In this document: positions 61,712 through 64,000 of the stretch, piece after piece | Layout of the letters: each line of letters begins with the position of its first letter | Numbering within the stretch: position 1 is the stretch's first letter | DNA from: Monocercomonoides exilis PA203 | Lineage: Eukaryota > Protista > Preaxostyla | Assembly: GCA_001643675.2 (NCBI GenBank) | Contig: LSRY02000049.1 | Coordinates: forward strand, 496,001-560,000 | DNA: 64,000 bases | Direction: 5' to 3' | Translations under genes and position numbers: made by a program | The notes under the pieces: generated by a model | The model's input: only the letters and a program-made list of their open reading frames with translations | Told to the model about the DNA's origin: nothing | The model's database searches: none

Positions 61712-64000
61712 ACATTTTGCCACATATGCCCACAATAGGGAAGTGCAGTTGAACTTCTATCTTAGCTGTTTGAGGGCAATCACCAATATGTGAGCAATAC
61801 TTTTATTTGTCTTCTTTATTCATTGGGGCTCTTGTTCTTATTTATTTTGTTTATTCAAATCAATTCAAACAATAAAAAAAATATATTTTTTTTGAAATTA
61901 TTTGTGATTTTTAATAAAAGCTGGACTTTGACAAAATCTTTTTATTTTCAAAAAAAGACGAAAATACCTCTTTTGAAGAAATAACTCAAAATTTTCCACT
62001 CTTTGTTTTTTGATCGATAATTTTCTTGTTTATTTTTTTTTTTCTTATCGAAGAACGTCTGAGACAAAAACATAGCACTTCAATCATTTTCTTCAAAATT
62101 AACTGCGCTGTGGATAAACTTTTTGGGTAATTTACAATAAATAAAAAATACCCGTTTGATGGATGGATTTTTTAAAAATATATATAATGAATGAGACAAA
62201 TCAACAAAGTTACTGCATCAATGGTATTTTCAAACAAATGGGACAAATTTTGATTGATTCACTGCAATTTGTTGGTGTTGCCATTTTATTGAAGGAAATG
62301 ATACACTTATGCATCAAGAAAAGAAGCTTGAAAATCCAGTTCCTCTTCCAACATATTTGTTGTTGTGTTTTTCTTTTTCACACTGTTTTTTTGTTATTCT
62401 TTGCTTGATTCTTTTCATGTTTGGTGATTGGTTTTGAAATCATAACTGTTTTCGGAATGTGGATAATTTGTTCTATCTCTTTTATGATGAGCACATTTTT
62501 TTTTGAATTCTAAATATTCAATTCACTGAATTCATAGTTGCAACAAACAAACAAACAAGTGTTCAACAAAATCCACAATGTTTTGCATTCACTTCAGGGA
62601 GAGAAACATTTGTGAAATATCATCAGACAATTATTGTTATAATTTTTCTGTTTGAATAATAATGAATATAACAATATTTGACAATCTCATCATTTGTCTC
62701 AAAAATTCAAGAACACTTCTTCCCACTTCGTTTTTCTTTTTTTGATTAAAATTCCAATTAATAATACATGAATGTGACTTCGTTATTTTGATAAATTCTG
62801 ATTATTTGTTTTTCCACAGTGTGATTGTTATAATTTCAATTTTTGCAAATATATCTTCAGTATATTTCAATTTATTATTTTCATTCAAAAAAGAATTGAC
62901 AAAAATTTCAATAATCATTTTATTCGAAAAAATTAATCAAAAATGATTCCAAAAACGAAGTCACATTCATGTATTATTAATTGCAATCAAAAAAGAAAAA
63001 ACGAAGTGGGAAGAAGTGTTCTTGAATTTTTGAGACAAATGATGAGATTGTCAAATATTGTTATATTCATTATTATTCAAACAGAAAAACTATAACAATA
63101 ATTGTCTGATGATATTTCACAAATGTTTCTCTCCCTGAAGTGAATGCAAACATTGTGGATTTTGTTGAACACTTGTTTGTTTGTTTGTTGCAACTATGAA
63201 TTCAGTGAATTGAATATTTAGAATTCAAAAAAATGTGCTCATCATAAAAGAGATAGAACAAATTATCCACATTCCGAAAACAGTTATGATTTCAAAAACA
63301 ATCACCAAACATGAAAAGAATCAAGCAAAGAATAACAAAAAATCAGTGTGAAATAGGAAGACACAACAACAAATATGTTGGAAGAGGAAATGGATTTTCA
63401 AACTTCTTTCTTGATGCATAAACGTGTCATTTCCTTCAATAAAATGGCAACACCAACAAATTGCAGTGAATCAATCAAATTTGTCCCATTTGTTTGAAAA
63501 CACCATTGATGCAGTAATTTTGTTGATTTGTCACATTCATTATATATTTTTATAAAAAACCAATCCATCAAACGGGTTTTTTATTTATTGTAAATTACCC
63601 AAAAAGTTTATCCACAGTGCAGTTAATTTTGAAGAAAATGATTGAAGTGCTATATTTTTGCCTCAGACGTTTTCGATAAGAAAAAAAAATAAACAAGAAA
63701 ATTATCGATCAAAAACAAAGACTGGAAAATTTTCAGTTATTTCTTCAAAAGAGATATTTTCATCTTTTTGATAATAAAAGATTTTGTCAAAGTCCAGCTT
63801 TTATTAAAAATCACAAATAATTTCAAAAAAAATTTTTTTATTGTTTGAAATGATTTGAATAAAAAATAAATAAGAACAAGTGCCCCAATGAAAAAGGAGA
63901 CAAATAAAAGTATTGCTCACATATGTTGGTGATTGCCCTCAAACAGTTGAGATCGAAGTTCAACTGCACTTCCTTGTTGTGGGCATATGTGGCAAAATGT
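61712..64000. repeat. Long palindrome: arms of ~1.05 kb or more (61712-~62790 and ~62950-64000, probably continuing beyond the window), spacer ~160 bp
   Basis: The window's last bases ..GGGCATATGTGGCAAAATGT are the reverse complement of 61712 ACATTTTGCCACATATGCCC..; pairing can be followed inward to GTGACTTCGTT / AACGAAGTCAC, with scattered substitutions and small indels. Confidence 0.95.

Overview
Eukaryotic, AT-rich, intron-containing genomic DNA using the standard code. Gene families and style point to an oxymonad, probably Monocercomonoides (inference from recognition, no search run). A compact housekeeping core (20.4-43.9 kb) holds U2AF65, an RSPH1-like MORN protein, a PHO80-type cyclin, a TOPORS-like RING E3, one hypothetical gene and four paralogues sharing a Trp-anchored domain I do not recognise. 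The core is flanked on both sides by DNA-transposon debris (a long-TIR element carrying a host-gene fragment, an ISL2EU/Harbinger-type relic, a near-intact and a decayed pogo element, a fold-back). Beyond these lie two outward-facing giant (~3,030 and ~4,160 codon) single-pass receptor-like genes. Each has a signal peptide, tandem Cys-capped beta-helix-like modules (5 vs 8), a TM helix and a catalytically dead TK/TKL-like C-lobe. The two receptor genes share a near-identical ~1.1 kb TM-proximal/cytoplasmic cassette but have divergent, compositionally mosaic ectodomains, which suggests a recombination-diversified receptor repertoire. The window ends inside a palindrome of at least 2.3 kb.
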